Part shown: positions 20,844-31,445 of the stretch, piece after piece
How the letters are laid out: every line of letters begins with the position of its first letter
Numbering within the stretch: position 1 is the stretch's first letter
Assembly: GCA_963804645.1 (NCBI GenBank)
Contig: CAWDRG010000009.1
Location: 672,001-736,000 of the forward strand
Reading direction: 5' to 3'
Length of the DNA: 64,000 nt
From: an uncultured Bacillota bacterium
Lineage (GTDB): Bacteria; Sysuimicrobiota; Sysuimicrobiia; Sysuimicrobiales; Segetimicrobiaceae
The notes under the pieces: model-generated
Seen by the model: the letters and a program-made list of their open reading frames with translations, nothing else
Database searches by the model: none
Told to the model about the DNA's origin: nothing
Translations under genes and position numbers: made by a program

Positions 20844-20945
20844 CGTGGCGAAGGCGGCCGTTGCGCATGCGCGCCTGCGGGTATAAGATTCTCGTTGCCG
20901 CCCAAGGCGGCAGCGCGTGGGGGGCATAGCTGGGGGGATCGCGTC

Positions 20946-21809
20946 GTGCGACCGTCTTGGAGGGGCTACGTCAGCTTCGGGCTCGTGACGATTCCCGTTA
21001 AACTGTACACGGCGACCGAACAGAAAGACGTTCGGTTCCGACTGCTGCACACCGTCTGTCATACGCCCATCAAGAATCAGCGCTTCTGTCCTCACTGCGA
21101 CCGCGTGATCGAATGGGCCGACGTCGTCCGCGGGTACGAGGCGAGCAAGGGTCGCTTCGTGCTCGTGACCGACGAGGAGCTGGAGCAGATTCCGATCGAC
21201 ACCAGCGGCAACGTGAATATCGCCGGGTTCGTCGAACTCCAGGACATCGACCCGATCTACTACGAGCGGTCCTACTACGTCGCGCCGGACGAGGGCGGAG
21301 CCAAGGCGTTTCTCCTGCTCGAGGAGGCGCTGCGCGAGGCGAACCGGGTGGCGATCGGCAAAGTGGTGATTCGGGAGAAAGAGCAGCTCGTGTCGCTTCG
21401 CCCGTATCAAAAGGCGATGGTGCTGAGCACGCTGTTCTATGCCGACGAGGTGCGGTCGCTGTCCGGTCTGGAAGAACTGCCGGTGGAGGCCACGGTGCAT
21501 CCCAACGAGCGGAAGATGGCCGTGCAGCTCGTGGAGAATCTCGCGATGGAGTTCAATGTCGAGGAGTTCAAAGACGAGTACCGTGATGCCCTCATGGCGA
21601 TGATCAGTGCGAAGGGTAAGGGCGAGGAAGTCGCCGGGCCGAAAGAGGCGCCCGCCCCGGGCAAGGTCGTCGACCTGATGGAGGCGCTCAAGCGAAGTGT
21701 CGAGATGGCGAAGGGCAGCCATCGGCGGCCGGCGGCCGACGGCAAGAGCGCCCGCGCCGCGGGCCAGCAGCGGCGGGCGGCGGGCGGCATGCACGAGCGT
21801 CCGCGATAG
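20946..21809 (+). CDS. ku: Ku protein (NHEJ end-binding)
   Basis: WRGYVSFGLVTIPVKLY, IDPIYYERSYY, YADEVR, VVDLMEALKRS, basic C-terminal tail. Confidence 0.96.
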   Translation: MRPSWRGYVSFGLVTIPVKLYTATEQKDVRFRLLHTVCHTPIKNQRFCPHCDRVIEWADVVRGYEASKGRFVLVTDEELEQIPIDTSGNVNIAGFVELQDIDPIYYERSYYVAPDEGGAKAFLLLEEALREANRVAIGKVVIREKEQLVSLRPYQKAMVLSTLFYADEVRSLSGLEELPVEATVHPNERKMAVQLVENLAMEFNVEEFKDEYRDALMAMISAKGKGEEVAGPKEAPAPGKVVDLMEALKRSVEMAKGSHRRPAADGKSARAAGQQRRAAGGMHERPR

Positions 21810-21840
21810 CGATCGTCCCCAAGCGCACGCGCGTGACGCG

Positions 21841-21872
21841 CCGAACGGCGGCCCGGAAGGGCCGCCGTTCGG
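21841..21872. terminator. Hairpin between convergent ku and binding-protein genes
   Basis: CCGAACGGCGGCCC-GGAA-GGGCCGCCGTTCGG, a perfect 14-bp stem. Confidence 0.7.
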
Positions 21873-21899
21873 ACTATCGTCGGAACTGCGCCGGCGCGC

Positions 21900-23510
21900 T
21901 TACTTCCAGGTCGCGTAGATCGCGGCCCACTTCTCGTTTGGCGTCACGCTCACGCCCTGCAGATGGTTGGTCGCGACCATGTAGAAGTCCTGACTCCAGA
22001 GGAAGATCCACGGCGCGTCCTTCCAGATCATCTGCTGCGCTTCCTTATACATCGCCTCGCGCTTCGTTTGATCCGGGACCGTCTGGGCCTGCAGCAACAG
22101 GTTGTCGACGTCGGTGTCCTTGTAGAACGACGGCGCCAGCCCGGTGGGCGGCCACTGCCCCGAGTAGAACTGGCCGAACAGCTCGCCGTCGGCGTCCAGG
22201 TACTGCGTCGCCCACCCGAGGATGAAGATCTGAAGCGGGCTCTGCGCCAGCGGAGTCACCATCCACTTCACGTACGTCGGCCAGTCGGAGGTCTGGACGT
22301 TCGCCTGGATCCCGACGTTGCTGAGCTGCGCCGCGACCGCCTGGGCGAACTGATAGTCCTGGATGTACCGCCCCGTGGGGGTCCGGAAGTCGAGCTGGAA
22401 GCCCTGGGGGTAGCCGGCCTCCGAGAGCAGCTTCTTCGCCAGCGTCGGGTTGAACGGCCACCCGCCCGCCTGCAGCTTGGTGTATCCAAACAGCGCCGGG
22501 GTCGTCGGCGACTCGAGCACGTGCGCGAGGCCGAACAGCACGCTGTGGATGATCGCATCCTTGTTGATCGCGTAGTTGAGGGCCTGGCGTACCCGGACGT
22601 CCTTCAGCGGTCCGTATTGGTTGTTGAGCCCGATGAAGACGTCGCGGTCGCTCGCTCCGGAGATCACCGTGAGCGTGTTGTCCTTGCGGAGCGTGGGAAC
22701 GTCCGGGGCGGGCGGTTCGTATGCCATCTGGACGTCGCCCGCGCGCAGCATGGTCTCGCGCGTGCCGGCGTTCGGCACGACGCGGAAGATCACCGTGTCG
22801 AAATACGGCTTCTTCCCCCAATAGTTCGGGTTCTTGACGAGCGTGATGTGGTCGCCGTGCACCCACTCCTTGAACACGTAGGGACCCGTCCCGGCATCCG
22901 TCGGGCCGAGCACGATCTTGTCGTTGCCGATCTTCTTGACCGCGGTCGGCGAGAGGATCATCCCCGGCCCCGCGGCCATCCGCTCGAGCAGCGTCGGACT
23001 GGTCTGCTTGAGGTGCAGCACCACCGTATACGGATCCGGGGTGTCGATCCGGGTGGCGTCGATGTCGGTGAAGTAATACCGGTTCGGATTGCGCACGCTG
23101 GTGTCGAGCCACCGCTGGACGTTGAACTTCACCGCGTCCGCGTTGAAGTCGGTGCCGTCCTGGAACTTGACGCCCTGCCGCAGTTTAAACGTGTAGGTCA
23201 GCCCGTCGGGGCTCACCGTCCACGACGTCGCGAGCTGCGGCGTGAGCTTCGTATACTGGGGCTGGCCCGGTTCCACGCCCGAGCGCTCGTCGTTCGGCCA
23301 GATGAGCGAGTCGAACATGTATTCCACCATGTTGGACACGGTGGTGGTCGTCTGCCCTTCGGGGTCGAGCGTGTCGGCGTCGATGCCGACGGCGATCGTC
23401 AGGGTGGTCGGCGCGGCGGCGAATCCTCCCCGGGGGATCACGAGGAGCACCACCGCCACGACGCAGGCCACCAGCAGCGCGACGACGGGACGTACGGCCG
23501 ATCGGATCAT
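21900..23510 (-). CDS. ABC transporter substrate-binding protein, family 5 (GsiB/DppA-like)
   Basis: Signal peptide, TLDP, LATSWTVSPDGLTYTFKLRQGVKFQDG, GTGPY, DVRVRQALNYAI. Confidence 0.93.
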   Translation of the reverse strand: MIRSAVRPVVALLVACVVAVVLLVIPRGGFAAAPTTLTIAVGIDADTLDPEGQTTTTVSNMVEYMFDSLIWPNDERSGVEPGQPQYTKLTPQLATSWTVSPDGLTYTFKLRQGVKFQDGTDFNADAVKFNVQRWLDTSVRNPNRYYFTDIDATRIDTPDPYTVVLHLKQTSPTLLERMAAGPGMILSPTAVKKIGNDKIVLGPTDAGTGPYVFKEWVHGDHITLVKNPNYWGKKPYFDTVIFRVVPNAGTRETMLRAGDVQMAYEPPAPDVPTLRKDNTLTVISGASDRDVFIGLNNQYGPLKDVRVRQALNYAINKDAIIHSVLFGLAHVLESPTTPALFGYTKLQAGGWPFNPTLAKKLLSEAGYPQGFQLDFRTPTGRYIQDYQFAQAVAAQLSNVGIQANVQTSDWPTYVKWMVTPLAQSPLQIFILGWATQYLDADGELFGQFYSGQWPPTGLAPSFYKDTDVDNLLLQAQTVPDQTKREAMYKEAQQMIWKDAPWIFLWSQDFYMVATNHLQGVSVTPNEKWAAIYATWK

Positions 23511-23681
23511 GGCTCACATCCCTCCTTCTTGCGTATGAGGCTATGCGGCCGGAGCCGCCGATCTGGGCGCGGAGGGTCCCGCGCGACAGGGCTATCTACA
23601 GTACGCGCTGCCGGGGAGGAATTCCTTTGGACGAGGCTTGCGGACTAGGCAGACGACTGCCACCGAAGTAGAATATGCCCC

Positions 23682-23773
23682 GGAGGGGTGCGAGAGCTCG
23701 GCTGAATCGGGCGGTCTCGAAAACCGCTAGGCGGGCAACTGCCTCGGGGGTTCAAATCCCTCCCCCTCCGCCA
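23682..23773 (+). tRNA. tRNA-Ser(CGA)
   Basis: GGAGGGG/CCCCTCC acceptor stem, anticodon arm GCGGT-CTCGAAA-ACCGC, long variable arm, GGTTCAAATCC, encoded G-CCA. Confidence 0.95.
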
Positions 23774-23967
23774 ACGACCCATGAGTGCCATGGGTCGGCG
23801 CACAGGCTTATCGTCCGAGCTGAAGCGCGTCCCGCTGGAGAAATTGCCGCCGTGTACTACATTGTACTGCGTTGTACCATGTACTTTAGACGACGGAAGA
23901 ACCAACCCGTTTTATTATCAGGTCCGCCGTGTTCGTCCAGCGGAGTGCGTCGATGACTTGATCCTGA

Positions 23968-24378
23968 CTACCGCGGTTGTACGTCGATCGGGGGCCCACT
24001 CACGTGCATCTGATCGCGGATTCGGCCCGCAAACTCTGCCGCTCCGTAGCAGCGGAACTTGAACTCCGTGCCGTCGCGTAGCGCCACGGTCACGACGCGC
24101 GTGCCGATTCCGAAGCGATCAGTAACCGACGTAATGTCCGCCAGGGGTACGCGACGGCTCATATTGTCTTTGTGAACGAATCGGTTCATTGCATTCGGTC
24201 GGAAATCGAGACAATCTGGCAAGAGATACATGGTGCCACCGACCCATAAGCCCCTATAGTTTGCCTTGAAAAATTTAAGAGCGATCTTTACTTCCGCGTC
24301 CATTGGAAATCCCAACTCAGCGGATTTGATGAGAGCGTTTACTATCTTTTTGGCAACAATGTTTGCTGGCTCCTCCAT
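23968..24378 (-). CDS. Hypothetical protein, PH/GRAM-like
   Basis: GGAGGTGA RBS before ATG 24378; AT-richer than the backbone; GGTMYL...VPLADITSV pattern. Confidence 0.65.
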   Translation of the reverse strand: MEEPANIVAKKIVNALIKSAELGFPMDAEVKIALKFFKANYRGLWVGGTMYLLPDCLDFRPNAMNRFVHKDNMSRRVPLADITSVTDRFGIGTRVVTVALRDGTEFKFRCYGAAEFAGRIRDQMHVSGPPIDVQPR

Positions 24379-24490
24379 GAATTGTTCACCTCCGTCATCT
24401 ATGTTAGGCACACCATGATTTGCAAGCAATAGGCGCGGTGGAGGACCGGCTCGCGCCCTTGACCATGGAACGTATGCTTGCCGTGATGAG

Positions 24491-24740
24491 CTGCCTCGCG
24501 GAGTTCACATCCTTCCCCTTCGCCAAGAACCCATGAAAGACATGGGTGCGCACGCAGCGCCTCTTGTCCGACTCCGATCGCTTCTCGCGCGAACACTCCG
24601 ACCATGGTAACCGCTTGTACTACTCCGTTTCGCTATGGCAGGCCGCCGCGCGGACTCGGACGGATGCCCATTTCGTGACGCGGACGTGATCTGGACCGGC
24701 ATGGGGCGCGCGCCCGATATCCTGGTGGCTGTGGGGAGCG
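24491..24740 (+). repeat. Degenerate tRNA-Ser 3'-half plus downstream flank, copy A
   Basis: CTGCCTCGCGGAGTTCACATCCTTCCCCTTCGCCA, then the ACCCATG/CATGGGT hairpin, then about 200 bp shared with 26029-26243. Confidence 0.85.
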
Positions 24741-24761
24741 TATTCTTTGAATTGAGGAGAG

Positions 24762-25844
24762 ATGTCAAAACCTGCAGGGGGATGTGCCGTGTCGACTTAC
24801 GTCACCGTCCCGATCGACGAGAATGGCATCATTTCCGATTTATACCTCCCGTCAATTATCTCCGAGTCAACGCACGACCCGTTCCGATTTTCCGATGTGT
24901 TCGTCTACTCGCACGGTTGGTGGACCAATGCCGCGCAGGCCATGACGGACTATAACCACTTCGTCGTGGATCTCACAAGATGTCTCCTGCAGATAGCTCC
25001 GGCGCCGCCGTCCGATCTCGCCCTCCCCCGGTCGTCATTTCCGATTGCGCTCCATTGGCCGTCTATGATTAGCGAGGACCCAGGTTCTCTTGCGAACGCT
25101 GCGGAACTCGCGACCTTTTTCTCAATGGGGAAGCGCGCCGACGTTGTCGGCCAACATGGGGTATCATCGCTCGTGAGAATGCTCTACAACGACTGGAACC
25201 CGCCGACGTCGGACATGAAGTTGCGCCTCAACTTGATCGGGCACAGCTTTGGCTGCCGTGTGGTATGTTCCGGGTTGGCCACGGCGCTCACGACGATTGC
25301 TCAGGAGCAGCGCCGACTTCCCCAGTCAATCCAGTTGAGAGTGGTACTGCTTGCGCCGGCCTTCAACAGCGATGAGCTCCAACATGACCAGGATTACGCT
25401 GCGCTCACCGAACCGGAATTGGACCTGCGCATCCTGGCAACCCGTTCCGACGGGGACACATCGCTCTGCACGTGGTATCCGCGGGCCGAAGCGCTGAATT
25501 TCTTCGCAAAGGAGCCCGTGACGGCGTTGGGCGGCGCAGGTCCGAGCGCACAGACTCTTTCTGACTTTGCCTCAAGCGGTACCGGTATTTCGGTGGGCCC
25601 CGGGTTTACGTATAAAGGGGTCGTCACGAACACCGAGCGCCTCGTCGTCGCAGATCTCAGCGCATTGCATGCCGCGAACCCCGATCATGTGACGAGCAAG
25701 TTCGCCGGCCATCACTCCGACATTTACTACAACGAGATTTACGAGCTGATCGCGGGATTTCTGTTCACGCGTTATCCGTTGGGGGTCGCGCCGCCTCCGG
25801 AATCACGCACCCCTGTTTTAGAATCGCCGGTGACCGCTCGGTAA
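24762..25844 (+). CDS. Alpha/beta-hydrolase fold protein
   Basis: VYSHGWW, LIGHSFG nucleophile elbow, LLAPAF, HHSDIY; GAGGAG RBS. Confidence 0.75.
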   Translation: MSKPAGGCAVSTYVTVPIDENGIISDLYLPSIISESTHDPFRFSDVFVYSHGWWTNAAQAMTDYNHFVVDLTRCLLQIAPAPPSDLALPRSSFPIALHWPSMISEDPGSLANAAELATFFSMGKRADVVGQHGVSSLVRMLYNDWNPPTSDMKLRLNLIGHSFGCRVVCSGLATALTTIAQEQRRLPQSIQLRVVLLAPAFNSDELQHDQDYAALTEPELDLRILATRSDGDTSLCTWYPRAEALNFFAKEPVTALGGAGPSAQTLSDFASSGTGISVGPGFTYKGVVTNTERLVVADLSALHAANPDHVTSKFAGHHSDIYYNEIYELIAGFLFTRYPLGVAPPPESRTPVLESPVTAR

Positions 25845-25973
25845 GCGGGCGCGCCGACAAGCCCCGAGATGCTCGGCGAACGGGACGGCTCGAAGGTGTA
25901 AATTCAATCGCCGGGCCAGAATGTCGAGGACGTTCCGCGAGGTCAATCAAACTGGCACAGCTATGGCGGGCGC

Positions 25974-26243
25974 AAAACTGCTAGGAGGGTAACTGCCTCC
26001 GGGGGTTCAAATTCCTCCCCTTCCGCCAATGCCCCATCAACGACATGGGTCGGCACACAAGCGTGCCCGTTTGATTCGAACCGCGTCTTACCCGAGAACT
26101 GCGGCCATGGTAACCGCTTGTCCTGCTTCGCTTCGTTATGGCAGGCCGCCGCGCGGACTCGGACGGATGCCCCACTTCCTGACGCGGACGTGATCTGGAA
26201 CGGCATGGGGCGCGCGCCTGATACCCTGGCGGCTGTGGGGAGC
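25974..26243 (+). repeat. Degenerate tRNA-Ser 3'-half plus downstream flank, copy B
   Basis: AAAACTGCTAGGAGGGTAACTGCCTCCGGGGGTTCAAATTCCTCCCCTTCCGCCA aligns to tRNA 23720-23773; flank shared with copy A. Confidence 0.9.
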
Positions 26244-26357
26244 TATTATTTAACTTTTGCACGAAATCGATCAGTAGGTGAAAGGTACAGCCGCGGGACG
26301 AGAGCCGGAAAACGTCGAGGGGCGCATCGCAGTAGGCTTTGGGGAGGTGAACCTACA

Positions 26358-28164
26358 ATGGGCGAGCCGGGTGGAAGCTCAGGGGCACCTGATTACGTGA
26401 TCCGGCCGCCTGCTGCATTTCGGCCGGAATGTCCATCAAACTATTGGTGCGACGGAACCGTTAGATCTAACGCCTGCTGCGGGTAGTGGACTGCTCCTCT
26501 CGGTCGGTGCCCGCAGGGTGTGGGTCCGGGGAATATGTTCCTCTCGATCGGTGCCCTGCTTGTTTTGAGTGCGGGCATTGGGCTCGCCCTCTCGATTCTC
26601 ATTGCGGTGATCTTCCGCAAGTATGCGACGCCTGAGCATGCCGTCGCTGACAGCTTCAGTGAGTTTCACACACGCCTGAGCCAGCTGCAAGGTCAGTTCT
26701 CGAGCGATTGCGCCAATCCGGTGGTGCCAAGCGGTGGCTCAGCCGACGCGGCCCGGAGAGAGGTAGGCGAACACCTGCATAGCATCAACAAAGAGCTTCG
26801 TCGGAACGGGCTGCCGTGGGTAAGGGGGACAGGCTATATTAGCCTCTGGGAACGCCTGCACCGTGCCGAAGAAGCCCTCATCGAATTTCAGCCTTCGGGG
26901 GCGGTCGTCGCGGGGGCGATCCTGACGCGCAGCGGCTTCGCGGTTCAAAAATTCCACGCTGCGAAGACGTGATCAAGCAACTGGGGCAGGCTGTCGAGGC
27001 CATTGATCCGTCCGCTCGGAAATACCTTTTTGATCCTCCCACAGCGGCTCTGCCACTAGTCATCAAGAGCCAGCGCAGGCTGGACGACGCAATTGTCGGT
27101 GTCACGTGGTTTAGAAGCTCTCGCGGCGAGCGGGGGCACGCCCCCGTACCATTGGACGTCCGACGACGCGACGCTGCCGCAGTGGGCAATGCTGAGCGAT
27201 ACGGGCGTGGTGGGCGGCACGCCGCCACGGCAGACGGTGGGGCCATGCGGATTTACTGCTCGCGTGACGGATAGCGCCAGCGTGACGGCCACCAAAGATT
27301 TTGCTCTAACTGTCCGCGAGCTGGAGAATGCGACGCTGCTCGATGCGACGTTGGAAGGGCGTACAAGGGAGTCGGGAATCAGCAAGCGGCGTCCGCATAC
27401 ACGAGTGGTCTGATCAAAACTCCTTGCAAGGCGGAGTGGGACTTGCGCGAGAGGGCGTGCTGACCGGCGCGCCGGCGACTGCCGGGATGCTTCGCGTTTC
27501 GGCGCGGGTCGAAAGCGAAGGGCAAGAGATCACCGAAGATGTCACATTAGTTGTGAAGACTCCAGCGGATCGGATTGGTGACAGTGACGCAGATCGAGGC
27601 ACATTGGCGCGGGGTGTGTTGCGCACTGTTCGCCTCGTCATCGATGAGTTCGCGACCAAAACTGGAACGCGATCGTGCTCGCCCGCAATCGCCTCGCGGA
27701 ACTCATGTTTCTCACGGGACTGCTTGGGTACGCGTTACTCGCGATTGCCATCGGGGTGAAGGCGCAACGGAACTCGAAATTGGCTGCTGCAGCGGTTTTC
27801 TATCTGGCTGGTGCGACAACGGGGCTGCTCAGCCGACTGTACAGTGAGTCCCAAGGATAACGCGGTCGTCGGGAGCATTGATCGGACTATGGTCTTGTGC
27901 CGATGCGGGTCTGACATGCTGGTAGTGTCCGGTTTGGCGGCAATTTTCGGTGTGGTGTTGGTGGCGATGCTGCCGCAAGCTGTGAGTGCGTTCACGAGCG
28001 CGGTTGGGGCGGTGGTAACGCGACCCAGCATGCCGTCGTTGGCAGATATTCTCGATCTCGAAGGGCACCTCGCTTACATCATTGTGGCGGCGGTTTTTGG
28101 CCTGACTCCAGGCTGTTCTTTAACCGGCTCAGGGCCTGGCCGACACTTTTCAAGAAGGATTTGA
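26358..28164 (+). pseudogene. Multiply frameshifted membrane protein with a putative Ig (He_PIG-like) domain
   Basis: GGAGGTGA RBS before ATG 26358; consecutive fragments in different frames carry TM helices and ASGGTPPYHW...LP...GVVGGTP...FTARVTDS. Confidence 0.6.
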
Positions 28165-28797
28165 AATCCACCAGCGCCCATCAGAACGAGGCGTCGATGC
28201 GGCAGGGGCGTCGGTGTGGGGCGCCAGGGTTCAACGGCGGCCCTTCACCATCGCGGAATAGATTACGCGTTGATCCTTTCCGAGTGTAGGATGTGATTAT
28301 ATCGTTCAGTATGCCCCCCCACATAATATGGGATTTTGAATGCTCTGCCAAAAAAAGGATAGTTTTGAATTTTTCCGTCGAAGAAATGTTCGATCACCAA
28401 GCGGTAAGCGCTCGGTGCCTACCGCCATGTGCCGACGGTCCACACTGACACCCGCCGGACTGCGGCGGATGACGGTACTCGCTGCGCGGCTGTGCTTCCG
28501 GATCGAGGGAACGGGGGGCAGTCAAATGCGGCGTGGCTGGATGCTGACGGTGCTGATCCTCGGTTGCGTGTAAGGTGTCGACGGCACCATCGCTGGCTGA
28601 AATCACCGGCATGCTCCGCCTGATTAAAGCGTCCACGTTGGCGGATACTTTGGAAGAACAGGGATTTGATGGTCTGAAGATGAAGCCGCAGCGCGGCGGC
28701 GCTGCCATCTCGCGGCGAGGACAGGTGCAGCGTCGCAAGCGGGCGGCAGACAGTTGACGACGTAGTCAATGCAACCCTCCGCGAGGGGGGCGTGGAA

Positions 28798-29581
28798 ATG
28801 GGGACGCGGCTGCAAGGGAAGGTGGCCCTTATCACCCGGGCATCTCAGGGAATGGGACGCACCGCGGCGATCTGTTCGCGAAGAAGGGGCGCGTGTCGCG
28901 ATCGTCGACGTGGACGAGGCGCAGGGCGTCGAGGTCGCCGGCATCATCACCTCCGCCGGCGGGGAGGCGCTGTTGGTCCGCGCGGACGTCAGCGACGCCG
29001 GGCAGGCCCGCGCGGCCGCCGATGCGACCGTCGCCCGGTTCGGCCGCCTCGACGTGCTCTTCAACAACGCGGCCGTCCGCGCGAACGGCGCGCTCCACGA
29101 AATGTCCGAGGAAGACTGGGATCGCGTCGTCGCCGTCAACCTCCGAGGCGTGTTCCTAATGTCCAAGTTCGCCATCCCGTATATGATGAAGCAGGGAGGC
29201 GGCTCGATCATCAACATGTCGTCGGCTGTAGCGTTCGTCGCCATGGAGCGGCGGGCGGCGTATATTGCGACGAAAGGCGCCGTGCTGGCGCTCACGCGCG
29301 CGATGGCGACGGACTACGCGGACCACCACATCCCCGTGAACGCGTTGTGCCCCGGGACCGTGGCGACACCGCGTCTGGTCGCGTCCCTCCGGCCGCCGGG
29401 CGCCGGGGCGCAGGCAACATACTGCCGGTCATCTACACGTCAGGGGACGCTGGCCCGGCCGGATGAACTTGAGGCCGCGGCGCTGTTTCTGGCTTCCGAC
29501 GACTCCAGCTTCATGACGGGCGCCCCGCTGAACGTCGACGGCGGGTTCATCGCTGGCCGGCGGGCGTGGCCGGCCCAATGA
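28798..29581 (+). pseudogene. SDR family oxidoreductase, frameshifted near the 5' end
   Basis: MGTRLQGKVALITRASQGMG in one frame; LDVLFNNAA, YIATKGA, VDGG in another. Confidence 0.8.
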
Positions 29582-29636
29582 CCCGCAGACCACCGCGCCG
29601 CACCCACGGCGCGGTCGGGAAAGAGGCGTGAGAGCT

Positions 29637-29735
29637 GTGGCAACGGTGATCGAGGCTCCGGCGCAGGCACCTACCGCATCGCTGGCCCGGTTCATCGCCG
29701 GCCTCGGGGACAGCCGCTGCACGCATATCGATGAG
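29637..29735 (+). pseudogene. Possible N-terminal stub of an MmgE/PrpD family gene
   Basis: TASLARFIAGL resembles PrpD N-termini; no continuation. Confidence 0.3.
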
Positions 29736-29951
29736 GCCGCGTGCTGGGCGCCGTCCCCGAAAGCTCGCGGCCAGGAAGCCTGGGCGAGCTCGTCCCTGCG
29801 GAAGGCGCGGACGACGGATTCGAGCGGTGTGACGCCGCTCTTGAAGAGTCCGCCTCCTCCTAGAGGCCCTTCGCTCCTCCGGCATCAGGTTATGCCGTCA
29901 CGTGCGGCTTACCGTCCACTACCTCCCACTACCCGTCTGTTACAAGACGCT

Positions 29952-30587
29952 CTAGCCGTTCCAGCGTGAGGTCGCACAAGAATTAACAACCAGCGTCGCG
30001 GAGGAGAAATCATTGGTCCGTGTGTGCGCGGTTGGAACGGCGACCACTGGCATTCCAGCATCTCGGGCAGCTAGCACGCCTTTTTCCGCGTCCTCCAGCA
30101 CCACACATCTGGCAGGCTCCGCCCCGAGATGTTGAACGGTATGAAGAAACACATCGGGATAGGGTTTGGCGCGCGGGACACTTTCTCTGGTCGCAATCAC
30201 GTCAAACACACTTGCAGCACCGATCTTGCGAAGCACGGGGTCGACATCCACCCGAAACGCAGACGTGGCCAGCGCGAGGCGCACGTGTGACCGCAGGGCG
30301 TCAATCAGTTCGAGCGCACACGGCATCGGTTGCAGTTCGGCCTCCAGCAGCGTCGAATAGTAAATCAGCTTGCGTCCTCTCAGCACCTCTGGGTCGCGTC
30401 GGACGCCACGGGCGCGTAGGTAACTCGATGCCACCGGCGCTCGGATCGACAACGCATATCATCAACCGAGCGGCATGCCAATTTCTGCGAGCGTGTCTAG
30501 CCAAGACCGGTAACGCAGGCCTTCCGTGTCAACGAGAAGTCCGTCAAGGTCGAAAATAACGGCCTGCAGCGCTGCCGCGGATGGCAT
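29952..30587 (-). pseudogene. HAD family phosphatase (beta-PGM/CbbY-like), interrupted
   Basis: Hand translation from ATG 30587 gives AVIFDLDGLLVDTE then a premature TGA; downstream ORF has KPYPDVF, VLEDAEKG. Confidence 0.8.
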
Positions 30588-30592
30588 GATCG

Positions 30593-31334
30593 TTAGCGGT
30601 ACCCGCCGTAGATCGCGTGTCCGGCATACATCCAGAAACAGTCAACGATCTGGAATCCGACTTCGCGTAGCCAGTCCAACTGGTCGACGAGGCGAGACGG
30701 CTGATCCACCGGATCCGGCACATCCAGCCGGTAGTGGTTCCAGCGATCATCTCCAAACCCATCGCGCGCGCGCGCATCGCCGAACCTGCGCAGGCTCCGC
30801 TCTTGGACCGCCTCGTCCCACTGCGAAGCAAAGAGACGCGCCACATGAGGCGTCGCCGCCTCGACGAGATCAGCGACGAGGAGCGCGCCCCCGGGCTCCA
30901 AGCGCGCGGCCAAATCCGCGAACAGACGCCGTTTCTCAGGCCCAGGGATATGGTGAATCGCAAGCGAGGAGATCACACACCGCAACGATACCGGAAGAGT
31001 GGCCCGCCAATCGTCGGTACTGTGAGCAACATCTGCGTGCTGCACACGTCGCCGAAGATCCGAGCAACCGCCGCTCTCGCTCCAGCATCACGTCGGAACC
31101 GTCGAACGCGAGCACCTGGCACCGGGGAAATCGCTCGAGCATCTCCTTAGCAAACGTCCCATCGCCCGCAGCGAGCTCGACGATCGTGAACGTTTCGTCA
31201 GCGTCAGCCGGGATCAGGTCGAGAAGAACGCGCCGCTGCTCTTCGCGTGCAGGAACGTACCCGTCGCCGATCTCGGCGAATCGCTCAGAGTCGGCTTCAG
31301 TCCAGCGCGACGGATCGCCGGGATTGCGTAACAT
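30593..31334 (-). pseudogene. Class I SAM-dependent methyltransferase, frameshifted
   Basis: VELAAGDG and FDGSDVML in one frame; SSLAIHHI and LEPGGALLVAD in another. Confidence 0.8.
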
Positions 31335-31445
31335 GATCTCGGCAAAATTCGCGATTGTCAGTGATTGCTCCCGCTCTACCAACGGTAGAGGGTGCCACAC
31401 AAGTGTTTGCTGAAATGATACATGCCGTTCGCTGAACGTTCGCTG

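Noticed and set aside
28378..28393. TCGAAG-AAAT-GTTCGA near-LexA box
   Set aside because: Mismatch in the core and no intact downstream gene.
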